A DNA stretch of 32,000 nt from Chamaesiphon sp. 341R_metabat_111 (GTDB lineage: Bacteria > Cyanobacteriota > Cyanobacteriia > Cyanobacteriales > Chamaesiphonaceae): the NCBI GenBank assembly GCA_025351825.1, contig JANXVE010000080.1, positions 56,699-88,698 of the forward strand, read 5' to 3'. Under the pieces are notes generated by a model. It saw only the letters and a program-made list of their open reading frames with translations, searched no databases and had not been told where the DNA came from. Made by a program: the position numbers and the translations under genes. Within the stretch, counting starts at the first letter, position 1, and every line of letters begins with the position of its first letter. This document shows positions 1 through 10,984 of the stretch, piece after piece.

Positions 1-25
1 CACAAGTTGACCGTATACTTTGAGA

Positions 26-325
26 TTAATAGTTTGGGTCATTTTTCCAATAATCCTTATCGTATTCAGAGTGAGTTAGGAAATATTTAAAATAAACTCG
101 TTGTTTGACATAATCAATACCCACGATTAAACGATAGTTATTACCCTTAACATTGAAAACAGTAAAATTCCCTACAGCTTCAGCATCGCGATATACTTCT
201 CGAACATCTTCTAAATTAGACCAAGCAGCATTTTTCACAACTAAATACCAAGTCTCAACCGCTTTTTTAGCATCAGAATATCGACAAGCCTCAGTTCGCA
301 AATTTTTGATAGCAATTAGACGCAT
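26..325 (-). CDS. higB: Type II toxin HigB (RelE-superfamily mRNA interferase)
   Basis: The 99-aa product has the HigB pattern (FNVKGNNYRLIV...YFKYFLTHSEYD, compare E. coli HigB FNVGGNELRVV...THKEYD). The gene is AT-rich and has no CGATCG. The expected downstream higA would lie off the left edge. Confidence 0.8.
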   Translation of the reverse strand: MRLIAIKNLRTEACRYSDAKKAVETWYLVVKNAAWSNLEDVREVYRDAEAVGNFTVFNVKGNNYRLIVGIDYVKQRVYFKYFLTHSEYDKDYWKNDPNY

Positions 326-347
326 CGCATCTGTTCCAATTTGTAGA

Positions 348-374
348 GTGCGTTATTGCCCAAGTGTAACGCAC
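348..374. promoter_or_regulatory. Perfect 8-bp inverted repeat (gtgcgtta N11 taacgcac) between the lepA stop and the higB start
   Basis: Read directly from the sequence. It lies 23 nt upstream of the higB ATG on the minus strand. It could be a lepA terminator stem or a HigBA operator; the function is not established. Confidence 0.35.
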
Positions 375-391
375 CAAAGAATGAGATAGTG

Positions 392-2206
392 CTAACTATC
401 TTTATTCAACTTCAACACCGCCATAAATGCCTCTTGCGGTACATCCACCGTGCCCACCGACTTCATGCGTTTTTTACCTTTAGCTTGCTTCTGGAGCAAT
501 TTCTTCTTCCGCGAAATGTCGCCACCATAGCATTTTGCTAGGACATCTTTACGCAGGGCAGGAATATTTTCACTGGCAATGATCTTGCTGCCGATCGCAG
601 CTTGAATTGGTACTTTAAACTGGTGGCGGGGAATTAATTCTTTGAGTTTTTCAGTCATCGCCCGACCGACATTGTATGCTTTATCACGGTGGACGATCAT
701 CGCCAAAGCATCGACGGGATCGCCATTGATCATTAGATCGAGTTTGACCAGATGATTTTCCCGATAGCCGATCAGTTGATACTCCATGCTGGCATAACCG
801 CGCGTATTTGACTTCATTCGATCGAAGAAATCAGTCACAACTTCAGCCAATGGCATCTCATAAATTACCGTTGTCCGCCCCTTGGTCAGATATTTCATGT
901 CCTTGAATTCACCTCGTCTGTTTTGACATAGTTCCATCAAGGTACCGACATATTCTTCCGGCGTAATCATCTCCAATTTAACGTAGGGTTCCTCAATCTT
1001 TTGGCGATGATTAGGGTCTGGGAGTGTACTGGGATTGTCGATATAAGTCTCTACGCCGTGATTGTCTGTGACACGATAAACCACCGAAGGCGCGGTGGTA
1101 ATTAAGTCGAGATTATATTCCCGCTCCAATCGCTCTTGGACGATTTCCATGTGTAGCAAGCCCAAGAAGCCACAGCGGAAGCCAAACCCCATTGCGCTGG
1201 AAGTTTCCGGCTCATAGTTTAACGCCGCATCATTGAGCCGCAGCTTATCAAGTGCATCCTTCAATTCTGGATATTGATCTGCATCCGTGGGAAACAACCC
1301 ACAAAATACCATCGGTTTTGCTTCTGCATAGCCAGCTAAAGCTTCAGCCGCCTTATTACCAACGAGGGTAATCGTATCGCCTACCCGCGCATCGCCCACC
1401 GCTTTAATCGACGCGGCAAAGTAACCTACTTCTCCAGCATGGAGTTCATCTACTTGGACTTGCATGGGGGAGAGAATGCCAAGTTCATCAATGACATATT
1501 CTTTACCACTCGCCATCAAGTGAACCTTATCGCCACGTTTGACGCTGCCGTCCATCACGCGGAAGTAGACGATCACACCGCGATAACTGTCATAGTAGCT
1601 ATCAAAAATCAGTGCCCGCAACGGCTCATTTACCGTATCTCTAGGCGGCGGCACCAATAACACCACCGATTCCAAAATCTCTTGAATCCCAATGCCCTGC
1701 TTGGCTGAAGTTAAAATCGCCCCGCTACAATCCAAGCCAATAATCTCTTCGATCTCCGCCCGAATTCGCTCCGGCTCGGCTCCAGGTAAATCGATCTTAT
1801 TGAGTACTGGAATAATCTCTAGATTACTCTCCAACGCCAAATACACATTCGCTAGCGTTTGCGCTTCCACACCCTGGGAAGCATCCACCACCAATAACGC
1901 CCCCTCGCAGGCTAGGAGACTTCTAGACACCTCATAAGAGAAGTCCACATGCCCAGGCGTATCGATCAGATTCAACACGTATTCCTGACCATCTAGAGCA
2001 GTGTAGTTCATCCGCGCTGCCTGGAGCTTGATCGTAATCCCTCGCTCTCGCTCCAAATCCATATTGTCGAGGAACTGCGCCTTCATCTCGCGATTGCTGA
2101 CTGTACCTGTATCCTGCAACAATCGATCGGCCAAGGTAGATTTACCATGATCGATGTGAGCAATAATCGAAAAGTTACGAATTCGCGAAACAGGCACATT
2201 GGTCAT
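392..2206 (-). CDS. lepA: Elongation factor 4 (LepA), translational GTPase
   Basis: Full-length 604 aa. It carries the G-domain motifs [14 protein letters not shown] and NKID, and the LepA-specific C-terminus. Confidence 0.97.
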   Translation of the reverse strand: MTNVPVSRIRNFSIIAHIDHGKSTLADRLLQDTGTVSNREMKAQFLDNMDLERERGITIKLQAARMNYTALDGQEYVLNLIDTPGHVDFSYEVSRSLLACEGALLVVDASQGVEAQTLANVYLALESNLEIIPVLNKIDLPGAEPERIRAEIEEIIGLDCSGAILTSAKQGIGIQEILESVVLLVPPPRDTVNEPLRALIFDSYYDSYRGVIVYFRVMDGSVKRGDKVHLMASGKEYVIDELGILSPMQVQVDELHAGEVGYFAASIKAVGDARVGDTITLVGNKAAEALAGYAEAKPMVFCGLFPTDADQYPELKDALDKLRLNDAALNYEPETSSAMGFGFRCGFLGLLHMEIVQERLEREYNLDLITTAPSVVYRVTDNHGVETYIDNPSTLPDPNHRQKIEEPYVKLEMITPEEYVGTLMELCQNRRGEFKDMKYLTKGRTTVIYEMPLAEVVTDFFDRMKSNTRGYASMEYQLIGYRENHLVKLDLMINGDPVDALAMIVHRDKAYNVGRAMTEKLKELIPRHQFKVPIQAAIGSKIIASENIPALRKDVLAKCYGGDISRKKKLLQKQAKGKKRMKSVGTVDVPQEAFMAVLKLNKDS

Positions 2207-2400
2207 GATAGAGTCCGAGGAATTGGGGATATTGAATGATGGATATATAGCTTCCTAGTTTAGCGCAAGGTTTCGGCAAACAGTAAGGGTACAGCGATCG
2301 CAAAGCTTTTTTCGTTCAGAATCGATCGTGAGCTAACACCACATTCCGTCGATGATGCCAATACCTAAAAATATTGGCATAACTATAAGGCTTATTGCAT

Positions 2401-3156
2401 CTAAAGTTTGAGCTTGATTTCAACATTTTCTAACGCTGACAAACCAACGTCTACGCTAGATTTACCATCGTATTCAAACGGATTATCTAAATCCTCAATC
2501 AAGAATAATAAATACACAAACAGCGTAAACATAAACGTCGAAACCGTCAAATTCTCGCTAAATCGTTCCGCATCGATGAGTAACAGCGCAAAAATTGAAC
2601 CGCCGAGAAATAACCATAGCAACACATAGGCGGCTCCGAGAAAATCTGTATCTCGATTACCACGCATTTGTCTGGCGATCGATCGAATCTTGGCTTGCTC
2701 GGCATGAATATAGGTGACAAATCCGCTGCAATTATCAAGGACTAAAATACTGGCTAGGAGTGGATTAAGTCGATCGATCGCATCATCAACTACCGTAAAT
2801 TCTTTACCATCTCTGAGCCAATCTAGAATCGATCGACTGACATCAGCCAAAGCTTGTTTGAGCGGTTGTGGTTGATATTCTGGATATCTAGTTGCGATGA
2901 TTTGATTGGTATCCTCGATCGTTTCTAGAGTATTAGCAATTTGGGATGGCATCCCCTCACAAGCGCGATAATCGCTCAACGTGCCACTCAAAATCAAGGC
3001 AATCACGAATGTAGCCGCGCTAAATAATGCACCCGTTAGTGCGTCAAATGCCCAGGGTTCCCACTCTAGCCAGTGCATTGCCAACTTGACGACACAGAAT
3101 AATCCCGTCCACGGCAAAACTTTTGCTAGGATACCCCACTTCACTACATCAAACAC
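2401..3156 (-). CDS. Polytopic membrane protein, bestrophin-like/DUF4239-like
   Basis: The 251-aa product has several hydrophobic segments. Its C-terminal LFLIEDLDNPFEYDG resembles the E[DE]PFG motif of bacterial bestrophin homologues (YneE family). The family assignment rests on pattern memory only. Confidence 0.55.
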   Translation of the reverse strand: MFDVVKWGILAKVLPWTGLFCVVKLAMHWLEWEPWAFDALTGALFSAATFVIALILSGTLSDYRACEGMPSQIANTLETIEDTNQIIATRYPEYQPQPLKQALADVSRSILDWLRDGKEFTVVDDAIDRLNPLLASILVLDNCSGFVTYIHAEQAKIRSIARQMRGNRDTDFLGAAYVLLWLFLGGSIFALLLIDAERFSENLTVSTFMFTLFVYLLFLIEDLDNPFEYDGKSSVDVGLSALENVEIKLKL

Positions 3157-3184
3157 GATTATTTTGCTGTTAAATTTCTTCGTA

Positions 3185-4003
3185 TTATTTTACACGCTCA
3201 GGTGTCGGCACTAGCTTTAATCTATATTTATATAAGGCAACTGGACGACTTTGCAGTTTATCGATCGTCTTAAAATAGTTAGGATCTTTGGGTGATAGAT
3301 AGATTGCTGAAATTTGAGTGGCGGTAATTGATGGCGTAGGCGTGGGTGTGAATTGATAACTAGTTGTGGTTTCGACGACATTGAGATAAATCGTTGAGCT
3401 AGTCCGAAAAATCTGTTGGGAAAGTTCGGTGGAAATAAACTGATTTGGCTGGGGAGTTTCGAGATTGAATCCGGTTACAAAAGCCTCTAATTCTCGATCT
3501 TGGGTAAGTTGGGTAATTTGTTTGGTGGAGTTTTGGGGATCTATTTTAACAGAGAGAACATTTGCAGCACCTAGATAGGCAGTGGCGATATTCAATCCAT
3601 TAAAAGCTCGATCGGCTACAATTTGCGGTGCAGGTAACTTCGATTTCAATCTGGGCAAATTTAGCGGGGAAAATTTGGCGGCTTTAACGGGGTTATTGGG
3701 CACGAATTGCACAGTGAACTCGATCGGCTGATTAATATATTTACGATTGCTTTCAAATCCAGGTGTGACAACATCTGGAGCCAAGGGTGCAATCTGTTCG
3801 AGCAGTGTACTAGTTGCTACCCACTGCCCCTGAAACCACTCAGGATAGGTCAATTCGCCCTCATGCCGCGTCACCTGTGCCGCACCATTCCAATTGGGGA
3901 ATCGATCGATCCGATCGCTCAACTTGCCAGCTAGGGCACTGGATGAAATCGATAAGCAAATGGCGATCGCATAAACAAAAACTTTAGAAACCAAACTATT
4001 CAT
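3185..4003 (-). CDS. Hypothetical secreted/periplasmic protein with an N-terminal signal peptide
   Basis: The 272-aa product starts MNSLVSKVFVYAIAICLSISSSALA|GK, a Sec-type signal. I recognise no catalytic motif. Confidence 0.6.
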   Translation of the reverse strand: MNSLVSKVFVYAIAICLSISSSALAGKLSDRIDRFPNWNGAAQVTRHEGELTYPEWFQGQWVATSTLLEQIAPLAPDVVTPGFESNRKYINQPIEFTVQFVPNNPVKAAKFSPLNLPRLKSKLPAPQIVADRAFNGLNIATAYLGAANVLSVKIDPQNSTKQITQLTQDRELEAFVTGFNLETPQPNQFISTELSQQIFRTSSTIYLNVVETTTSYQFTPTPTPSITATQISAIYLSPKDPNYFKTIDKLQSRPVALYKYRLKLVPTPERVK

Positions 4004-4011
4004 CTCTTACT

Positions 4012-4034
4012 CCCTCCCCTTTCTAAGGGGAGGG
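4012..4034. repeat. Hairpin ccctcccc-tttctaa-ggggaggg immediately 5' of the 3185..4003 gene
   Basis: Perfect 8-bp stem read from the sequence. On the minus-strand mRNA the 3' arm contains the GGAGG located 9-13 nt before the AUG. Confidence 0.5.
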
Positions 4035-4061
4035 CTGGGGTGGGGTAAAGATCTACGCAAC

Positions 4062-5150
4062 TCACAACACCTTGCACTGTCCATAATGCCGCAACAGGTG
4101 ATCGCACAAGACCAAAGCCACCATTGCTTCCACCATCGGCACCGCGCGTGGTAATACACAAGGATCGTGCCTACCCTTCGCCGCCAAAGTAGTTTCTTCC
4201 CCCGTCTGCGTCACTGTATTCTGCTCTTTCCGAATCGTTGCAGTTGGCTTAAAAGCAACACGAATGATGATATTTTCGCCATTGGAAATGCCGCCTTGAG
4301 TGCCACCCGATCGATTGGTGCGTGTCCGAATTTCACCCTGTTCGTCGGTGTAGAATTCGTCATTATGCTCACTCCCAGTCAGCAATGTTCCAGCAAACCC
4401 CGAACCGATCTCAAATCCCTTGGTGGCGGGGAGAGACATCACCCCTTTGGCGATATCTGCTTCCAACCGATCGAATACGGGCACCCCCAGCCCCTTAGGA
4501 ACATTTCGCACTACACATTCTACCACCCCACCGATCGAGTCGCCCTCCCTGCCGATCGCTTCAATTCGATCGATCATCGTATCTGCACAAGTCAGATCGG
4601 GACAGCGAACGATATTACTTTCGACTTGAGCCAGAGTAACAGTATTGGGATCGACGGTTGCTTCGATATCCTGAATTCGTTTCACATAGCCGATTACTTC
4701 GACGTTATTGAAAATTTGGAGTACCTTCTTGGCAATTGCCCCCGCAGCAACTCGCCCGATTGTTTCCCGCGCCGAAGATCTGCCGCCACCTTGCCAGTTG
4801 CGAATCCCATACTTAGCATCGTAGGTAGCATCAGCGTGAGAGGGGCGATAGGTTTGTACCATCTCACTATAGTCCTGGGATCTGGCATCTTGATTCCGCA
4901 CTAAAATGCTAATCGGTGTACCTGTCGTCTTGCCTTCAAATACCCCAGATAAGATTTCGCAGGTATCAGTCTCCTTGCGGGGAGTGGTAATCTTACTCTG
5001 TCCTGGGCGGCGGCGATCGAGTTCGACCTGGATCTCTGCCTCGGTAATCTCTACCAGGGGCGGACAACCATCGATAATCACCCCGACACCACCGCCATGT
5101 GATTCGCCGTAGGTGGTAATTCTAAATAAATGCCCAAAGGTGTTTCCCAT
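4062..5150 (-). CDS. aroC: Chorismate synthase
   Basis: The 362-aa product starts [23 protein letters not shown] and contains GRSSARET, matching AroC along its full length. Confidence 0.97.
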   Translation of the reverse strand: MGNTFGHLFRITTYGESHGGGVGVIIDGCPPLVEITEAEIQVELDRRRPGQSKITTPRKETDTCEILSGVFEGKTTGTPISILVRNQDARSQDYSEMVQTYRPSHADATYDAKYGIRNWQGGGRSSARETIGRVAAGAIAKKVLQIFNNVEVIGYVKRIQDIEATVDPNTVTLAQVESNIVRCPDLTCADTMIDRIEAIGREGDSIGGVVECVVRNVPKGLGVPVFDRLEADIAKGVMSLPATKGFEIGSGFAGTLLTGSEHNDEFYTDEQGEIRTRTNRSGGTQGGISNGENIIIRVAFKPTATIRKEQNTVTQTGEETTLAAKGRHDPCVLPRAVPMVEAMVALVLCDHLLRHYGQCKVL

Positions 5151-5171
5151 CGTATCTGCAAAAATCGATCG

Positions 5172-5888
5172 TCAGTGGTTAGTTATTAGTTTATCAGGCA
5201 CAGCAGATGAGAGTTGCGGATCGAGTAACTCGACCTGAAACACTTTGCTAAATACTTCGATGATTTGCTGGCGCACTAGGCTAGGATCGATGTCAGGGAT
5301 AAATTCAGCCATGCTCCCAACAGATCGATCGACAATGCCACAGGGGACGATCCGATCGAATCCACTCAGATCGGGACAAACATTCAAAGCGAAACCATGC
5401 ATGGTAATCCAGCGGCTGACTTTAATTCCCACTGCGGCAATCTTGCGACCTTCTACCCATACACCAGTTAAGCCATCAATTCTTGCTCCAGTGAGATGAT
5501 GAAGAGCTAAAACTTGGATGACAACTTCTTCTAGCTGCCGCAAGTACCAGTGCAAATCTTGTTGATAATACCGCAGATTGAGAATTGGATAAACAACTAT
5601 CTGTCCTGGACAATGATAGGTAACTTCACCACCGCGTTCGACTCGGTATAGTTCATATTCAGTCTCTAGGTGGTCGAATTTCAAAAACTCTAAGCTAGAA
5701 CCAGTACCGAGTGTGTAAACAGGTGGATGTTCGAGGATGACTAGGGCATCAGCTATTTCTGGATCCTTAATCCGTTCCTGCTGGAGTGATTTTTGCCAAA
5801 TCCAAGCAGATTGATAGTCAATTTCACCGCAGTTGTATAGTAGGCAGTTACGGTTGATTTGAGATGTTTTCTCAGGGTAATTTACCAT
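5172..5888 (-). CDS. lipB: Octanoyltransferase (lipoyl(octanoyl) transferase)
   Basis: The 238-aa product has [12 protein letters not shown] and a KI.A.G.K core typical of LipB. Its ATG overlaps the upstream permease stop by 17 nt. Confidence 0.9.
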   Translation of the reverse strand: MVNYPEKTSQINRNCLLYNCGEIDYQSAWIWQKSLQQERIKDPEIADALVILEHPPVYTLGTGSSLEFLKFDHLETEYELYRVERGGEVTYHCPGQIVVYPILNLRYYQQDLHWYLRQLEEVVIQVLALHHLTGARIDGLTGVWVEGRKIAAVGIKVSRWITMHGFALNVCPDLSGFDRIVPCGIVDRSVGSMAEFIPDIDPSLVRQQIIEVFSKVFQVELLDPQLSSAVPDKLITNH

Positions 5889-6753
5889 TGATTTGAGAAA
5901 GTTTGAGATTTAGCAGTGATAAAGTAAACACAATTAGAAATAAGACTAGACCGATCGTACAAGCATAGCTGAGATCGGGATTACTCGATCCAAATCCTTG
6001 CTGATAGAGGTAATAAACCACCGTTTTGGAACTATTGCGGGGACCACCTTGAGTCATCACATAGACTTCTTCAAATATCTTAGTGGCTGCGATCGCGGAA
6101 ATCACGGCAACTAGCAACATATAGGGACGCATCAGTGGAATTGTAATATCCCAATGTTTGGTATAACTATCCGAACCATCGATCGCCGCTGCTTCATACA
6201 AGTCAGCCGGAATCGATTGCAGTCCCGCCAAATAAATCGTCATGTAGTAGCCCAAACCCTTCCAGATCGTCACTACCATCACACTAAACAAAGCTAGTGC
6301 AGGACTAGTTAGCCAGGGAATGGCGGGAATCCCGACTACTTTTACTAGTTGATTGAGCAACCCATTTTCAGCATAAATAAACTTCCAAGCAATCCCCGCC
6401 ACAACCATCGAGATAATCACAGGCACATAGTAAGCCGCTCGAAAGAAACTCATCCCTTTGAGCTTTTGATTGACTAGGATTGCCAATAGTAAGGGTGCAA
6501 ATACCAAAATCGGTACTACCCCGCAGAGATACACCACCGTATTGCGGATCGTCTGCCAAAATACTCGATCCTTGAACAATCGATCGAAATTAGTCCAACC
6601 TTGCCAACTTGCCGTACCTGCGATCGGATCGTAGTTGGTAAAGCTCAGATAAAAAGCCTGCAATGCGGGCAAAAATACCGTTAAACCCAGCAGTAGCAGT
6701 GCAGGTGCCAGAAATAGATAAGGTGTCCAATTAAGTTGACGAAGGCGAATCAT
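5872..6753 (-). CDS. Carbohydrate-type ABC transporter permease (MalF/UgpA-like)
   Basis: It has six TM segments and the EAA loop ([25 protein letters not shown]). The ORF track begins at a TTG (6789); I prefer the in-frame ATG at 6753 (MIRLRQLNW...). No partner permease, ATPase or binding protein is adjacent. Confidence 0.85.
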   Translation of the reverse strand: MIRLRQLNWTPYLFLAPALLLLGLTVFLPALQAFYLSFTNYDPIAGTASWQGWTNFDRLFKDRVFWQTIRNTVVYLCGVVPILVFAPLLLAILVNQKLKGMSFFRAAYYVPVIISMVVAGIAWKFIYAENGLLNQLVKVVGIPAIPWLTSPALALFSVMVVTIWKGLGYYMTIYLAGLQSIPADLYEAAAIDGSDSYTKHWDITIPLMRPYMLLVAVISAIAATKIFEEVYVMTQGGPRNSSKTVVYYLYQQGFGSSNPDLSYACTIGLVLFLIVFTLSLLNLKLSQINGKLP

Positions 6754-6947
6754 AGCAGAGCGGGAAAGGATGGGGCGGAAGCACAGCAAAAACAGCCGAA
6801 AATTCTACTAAGTAACCAACAACTTACATTCAACAAGCGATCCCTCGTCCCTGTTTTGTACTATTGTGTAAAAGGATCGATCTAACTCTTGATGTCATTT
6901 GACGATCCTCATATCTTTGCTCAACAGGCACCACGAGTAGAATCTTC

Positions 6948-7979
6948 ATGTTTGGTCTTATCGGTCATCTTACCAGCTTAGAACATGCCCAAGCCGTCGC
7001 TAAAGACTTAGGCTTTCCAGAATATGCGGATCAAGGGCTCGACTTCTGGTGCAGTGCTCCACCGCAAATCGTAGACCATATCAAGGTCACAAGTATTACT
7101 GGGCAACAGATCGAAGGCTATTATGTCGAGTCTTGTTTCTTGCCTGAAATGCTGGCAACTCGACGGATTAAAGCAGCCATCCGCAAGATTCTCAATGCAA
7201 TGGCACATGCCCAAAAGCAGGGAATTAATATTACGGCTCTGGGTGGTTTTTCCTCGATCATTTTTGAAGAATTCGACCTTCAGCAAAATAAACAAGTCCG
7301 TAATGTCGAGTTAGATTTTGAGCGGTTTACTACTGGAAATACCCATACAGCCTATATTATCTGTCGGCAGGTAGAAGAGGGTGCCGCCAAACTAGGTATC
7401 GATCTGAGCAAAGCCACGATCGCTGTTGTAGGTGCGACAGGTGATATTGGTAGTGCCGTCTGTCGCTGGATTGACAAGCGAACCGATACTGCTGATTTAC
7501 TATTGGTAGCTCGTAACCAAGAACGGCTTCAAAATCTTCAATCTGAACTCGGAAGAGGGAAAATAGCAACCCTAGAGGAAGCATTGCCCCAAGCCGATAT
7601 CGTCGTCTGGGTAGCGAGTATGCCCAAGGGTGTGGAGATCGATGCGACGACACTCAAGCAGCCTTGCTTGCTCATCGACGGTGGCTATCCCAAAAATTTG
7701 GGGACTAAGGTTCAGGCTCCAGGAGTACATGTGATGAATGGTGGGATTGTCGAACATTCCCTCGATATCGACTGGAAGATCATGAGCATCGTGGCGATGG
7801 ACACCCCAGCCCGTCAGTTGTTTGCCTGTTTTGCCGAGGCAATGCTGCTAGAGTTTGAGAAGTTGCACACCAATTTCTCATGGGGACGCAATCAGATTAC
7901 GATCGAAAACATGGATCGCATCGGTGCCGCCTCCCTCAAACACGGTTTCCGTCCCCTCCTATCATTCGTCGGCGGATAG
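6948..7979 (+). CDS. aar: Long-chain acyl-[ACP] reductase (alkane biosynthesis)
   Basis: It is near-collinear with Synechococcus elongatus orf1594 ([12 protein letters not shown]..., [38 protein letters not shown]). Confidence 0.93.
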   Translation: MFGLIGHLTSLEHAQAVAKDLGFPEYADQGLDFWCSAPPQIVDHIKVTSITGQQIEGYYVESCFLPEMLATRRIKAAIRKILNAMAHAQKQGINITALGGFSSIIFEEFDLQQNKQVRNVELDFERFTTGNTHTAYIICRQVEEGAAKLGIDLSKATIAVVGATGDIGSAVCRWIDKRTDTADLLLVARNQERLQNLQSELGRGKIATLEEALPQADIVVWVASMPKGVEIDATTLKQPCLLIDGGYPKNLGTKVQAPGVHVMNGGIVEHSLDIDWKIMSIVAMDTPARQLFACFAEAMLLEFEKLHTNFSWGRNQITIENMDRIGAASLKHGFRPLLSFVGG

Positions 7980-7996
7980 TTATGGGTAAATAAATA

Positions 7997-8063
7997 CCCC
8001 ACACTTTCTCCCATTGCTCCCGCGCCCCCACGCCCCCACACCCCCACACTCCCCCTCTCCCCC
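7997..8063. repeat. C-rich short tandem repeat array abutting the accA ATG
   Basis: The sequence ccccacactttctcccattgctcccgcgcccccacgcccccacacccccacactccccctctccccc runs right up to the ATG at 8064. It belongs to the same family as 17336-17382 and 22219-22269. Confidence 0.7.
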
Positions 8064-9038
8064 ATGGCTGCTCCAACTGAAAAGAAGCCCTTTTTACTAG
8101 AATTTGAGAAACCGTTGGCAGAATTGCAACAGCGGATCGATCAAATTCGCGAACTTGCTGAAGAAAGTAGCGTCGATGTCTCTGGTAAGATCGAACAACT
8201 GGAGACTAAATACGTGCAACTGCGCGACGAAATTTTTAGCAGTCTGACTCCATCCCAACGGCTACAATTAGCTCGACATCCCCGTCGCCCTAGTACGCTT
8301 GACTACATTCAAGCAATTTGTGATGAGTGGATCGAGCTACATGGCGACAGACGGGGCAAGGACGATCCGGCGTTAATAGGTGGTGTGGGTAAGCTAGCCG
8401 GAATTCCAGTCGTGTTATTGGGGCATCAGAAGGGACGCGATACCAAGGATAATGTGGCGCGGAATTTTGGGATGGCGGCTCCAGGTGGCTACCGGAAGGC
8501 GATGAGACTGATGGATCATGCCAATCGGTTTGGGATGCCAATTATTACTTTCATCGATACGCCTGGGGCTTGGGCGGGGCTGGAGGCAGAGGAATTGGGA
8601 CAGGGTGAAGCGATCGCATACAATCTGCGGGAGATGTTTAGATTGGAAGTGCCAATTATCTGTACGGTAATCGGCGAAGGTGGCTCTGGCGGAGCATTGG
8701 GAATTGGGGTGGGCGATCGATTGATGATGTTTGAACATGCGGTTTACTATGTCGCTAGTCCCGAAGCTTGTGCCTCGATCCTGTGGAAGGATGCTAAGAA
8801 AGCTGCTCAAGCGGCAGAAGTGTTGAAAATTACCGCCAAGGATTTGAAAGGCTTGGGAATTCTCGACCAGATTTTGCCAGAACCATTAGGCGGCGCACAT
8901 GCTGATTCGGTGCGGGCAGCGGAAGTACTCAAGAATGCGATCGTCAAGAATATCCAGGAATTGCAATTGCTCGAACCAACAAAACTTAAGTCGCTCAGAT
9001 ATGATAAATTCCGTCAGATGGGAGTGTTTAGTGAATAG
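8064..9038 (+). CDS. accA: Acetyl-CoA carboxylase carboxyltransferase alpha subunit
   Basis: The 324-aa product contains LDFEKPL-type N-terminal text, [10 protein letters not shown] and EGGSGGALG. Confidence 0.96.
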   Translation: MAAPTEKKPFLLEFEKPLAELQQRIDQIRELAEESSVDVSGKIEQLETKYVQLRDEIFSSLTPSQRLQLARHPRRPSTLDYIQAICDEWIELHGDRRGKDDPALIGGVGKLAGIPVVLLGHQKGRDTKDNVARNFGMAAPGGYRKAMRLMDHANRFGMPIITFIDTPGAWAGLEAEELGQGEAIAYNLREMFRLEVPIICTVIGEGGSGGALGIGVGDRLMMFEHAVYYVASPEACASILWKDAKKAAQAAEVLKITAKDLKGLGILDQILPEPLGGAHADSVRAAEVLKNAIVKNIQELQLLEPTKLKSLRYDKFRQMGVFSE

Positions 9039-9201
9039 TGGTTTGGTGGTTTAGTGGTTTAGCAATTAATTAGCAATTGTCTAAGGTTGGACACTCATTT
9101 GAAAGACATAACTAGTGAAAAATACAGACAAAGCAAGCACTTCACTCCACCGAAAAGAATTTGAAATTATCTAAAAACTAAACCACTAACCACTAAACCA
9201 C
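9039..9201. repeat. Inverted TGGTTTAG octamer arrays flanking a ~115-nt AT-rich loop
   Basis: tggtttggtggtttagtggtttagc (9039-9063) starts directly after the accA TAG. It faces ctaaaccactaaccactaaaccac (9178-9201). Confidence 0.75.
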
Positions 9202-9281
9202 TCCTCCTCAAAATCGATGCTATAATGTGTTTGTAACAAAAATTTACATATTGCTCGAATACGGGCTAATTCCTGGACTAG

Positions 9282-10013
9282 ATGAATTCGAGCACAATAA
9301 CTAATCGAACGGCATTGATTACGGGTGCGAGCAGTGGGATTGGCAAAGCCACAGCTCTAGCCTTCGCAAAAGCAGGGATCGATCTAGCATTGGTAGGTCG
9401 GGATCGGGATAAACTAGCCGCAGTGGCACAAGCAGCGGAAGCTGTGGGCGTGACGGCCAAAACCTATGTGGTAGACTTGTCTAAGCTCGATCGGGTGTCC
9501 GCTACAATCGCTGAGATTGCGGCAGAACATGAGAATTTGGAGATCTTAATCAATAATGCAGGGATGGCGTATACCGGATCGATCGCCGATAGTCCGCTAG
9601 CTGATTGGCAAAAAGTCATCGATTTAAATCTAACCAGCGTTTTTCAGTGTGTGCAGGGCATATTACCCCACATGCGTCAGCGAAAGTCTGGCTCGATCGT
9701 CAATGTTTCGTCGATCGCTGGCAAGCAGGTATTTCCCAATTGGGGGATCTACTCTGTCAGTAAATTTGGCTTGATGGCACTCACTCAAGCTATTGCGACA
9801 GAAGAGCGAGCAAATGGAATTCGCGTTACAGCGGTTTGTCCAGGATCGGTTAATACTCCCCTGTGGGACACTGATACCGTACAAGCCGACTTCGATCGGT
9901 CTGCTATGCTGACACCCGAAATGGTGGCCGAAGGCATCCTCTACGCAGTGCTCGCCCCCCCTGGTGCAGTAGTAGAAGAACTAACGATTATGCCCAGTGG
10001 TGGTGCTTTGTAG
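9282..10013 (+). CDS. Short-chain dehydrogenase/reductase (SDR family oxidoreductase)
   Basis: It has TGASSGIGKA (the TGxxxGxG motif), NNAG and a YSVSK catalytic motif. It occupies the same position as the SDR in the S. elongatus aar-accA-SDR-folE neighbourhood. Confidence 0.85.
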   Translation: MNSSTITNRTALITGASSGIGKATALAFAKAGIDLALVGRDRDKLAAVAQAAEAVGVTAKTYVVDLSKLDRVSATIAEIAAEHENLEILINNAGMAYTGSIADSPLADWQKVIDLNLTSVFQCVQGILPHMRQRKSGSIVNVSSIAGKQVFPNWGIYSVSKFGLMALTQAIATEERANGIRVTAVCPGSVNTPLWDTDTVQADFDRSAMLTPEMVAEGILYAVLAPPGAVVEELTIMPSGGAL

Positions 10014-10067
10014 TTCATCTACCGATTCTAGTGTCTTTATTTATTTCTAAACCTATTCAGATCGAAC

Positions 10068-10730
10068 ATGACTATCAGCAACGATAAACGCAACATCAAT
10101 CCTAGACCCGATCGCAATACCCACAACGGCGAGCCAGTAAAAATTCACGAACCGGAAGTCAGTCTCGAAGACATGATGGACTCAGTGCGCCAAATCATTT
10201 TAGGCGTAGGTGAAGATCCAGATCGGGAAGGTTTGCTCAAGACTCCAAAGCGTGTAGCTGAATCGATGCGATTCCTGACTAGTGGCTACAACCAGTCTCT
10301 CGACGATATTATCAACGGTGCCATCTTTGACGAAGGTCATAATGAGATGGTACTAGTGCGGGACATCAACTTCTTTAGCATGTGCGAACACCACATGCTG
10401 CCATTTATGGGCAGAGCGCATGTTGCTTATATCCCCAACCAAAAAGTAGTTGGATTGAGCAAGCTAGCGCGGATCGTCGATATGTATTCCCGCCGGATGC
10501 AAGTTCAAGAACGACTGACGCGCCAAATCGCCGAAGCACTTCAAGAAGTTCTAGAGCCTCAAGGCGTAGCCGTAGTGATGGAAGCCAGTCACATGTGCAT
10601 GGTGATGCGCGGTGTTCAGAAGCCTGGAGCTTGGACTGTTACTAGTTCAATGATCGGTGCATTCCAAGATGACTCACGGACGAGAGAAGAGTATCTCAGT
10701 TTGATCCGGCATCAACCATCGTTTAGTTAG
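10068..10730 (+). CDS. folE: GTP cyclohydrolase I
   Basis: It contains [19 protein letters not shown] and QVQERLT, all FolE hallmarks. Confidence 0.95.
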   Translation: MTISNDKRNINPRPDRNTHNGEPVKIHEPEVSLEDMMDSVRQIILGVGEDPDREGLLKTPKRVAESMRFLTSGYNQSLDDIINGAIFDEGHNEMVLVRDINFFSMCEHHMLPFMGRAHVAYIPNQKVVGLSKLARIVDMYSRRMQVQERLTRQIAEALQEVLEPQGVAVVMEASHMCMVMRGVQKPGAWTVTSSMIGAFQDDSRTREEYLSLIRHQPSFS

Positions 10731-10839
10731 GCTTTAGAGGCTAGGCTTTAGGCTTTAGATGTTAGGCTTTAGGGTCTAGGACGCTTGCTTTGTCCTTAGA
10801 CGTGTTCCAAATCTTTGCCTAAAGCCTAAAGCCTAACCC
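10727..10839. terminator. Inverted GGCTTTA/TAAAGCC heptamer arrays between convergent folE and the DUF2256 gene (candidate bidirectional terminator)
   Basis: ttaggctttagaggctaggctttaggctttagatgttaggctttagggtctagg (10727-10780) faces cctaaagcctaaagcctaaccc (10818-10839). Both stop codons lie inside the arms. The terminator function is an inference. Confidence 0.5.
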
Positions 10840-10976
10840 TTTCTTCTGCGGCATCTATCGGAGCAATATTTTACTTCATCCCAGCAGCCTTCCCACTTTT
10901 TGCGCCAAGTGAACGAAAGTTGACAGACGGTGCAAATTTTGGTGGGAAGATCGGATTTCGATCGATGTTTAGGCAT
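10833..10976 (-). CDS. Small Cys-rich zinc-ribbon protein, DUF2256-like (47 aa); not in the supplied ORF track
   Basis: Manual translation gives [47 protein letters not shown]. This is the CxxC...W(R/K)KKW...YCSxRC pattern I recall for DUF2256. Confidence 0.7.
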   Translation of the reverse strand: MPKHRSKSDLPTKICTVCQLSFTWRKKWEGCWDEVKYCSDRCRRRKG

Positions 10977-10984
10977 ATAGTTAG

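Noticed and set aside
4167-4904. 245-aa ORF on the plus strand.
   Set aside because: It lies entirely antisense to the unmistakable aroC. Its product is low-complexity (S/R/P-rich) with no recognisable motif. It is a typical shadow ORF.
9221-9226. A perfect TATAAT hexamer 55 nt upstream of the SDR gene as its promoter -10 box.
   Set aside because: It is plausible, but there is no convincing -35 element at 17 +/- 1 bp, so I do not call it as a feature.
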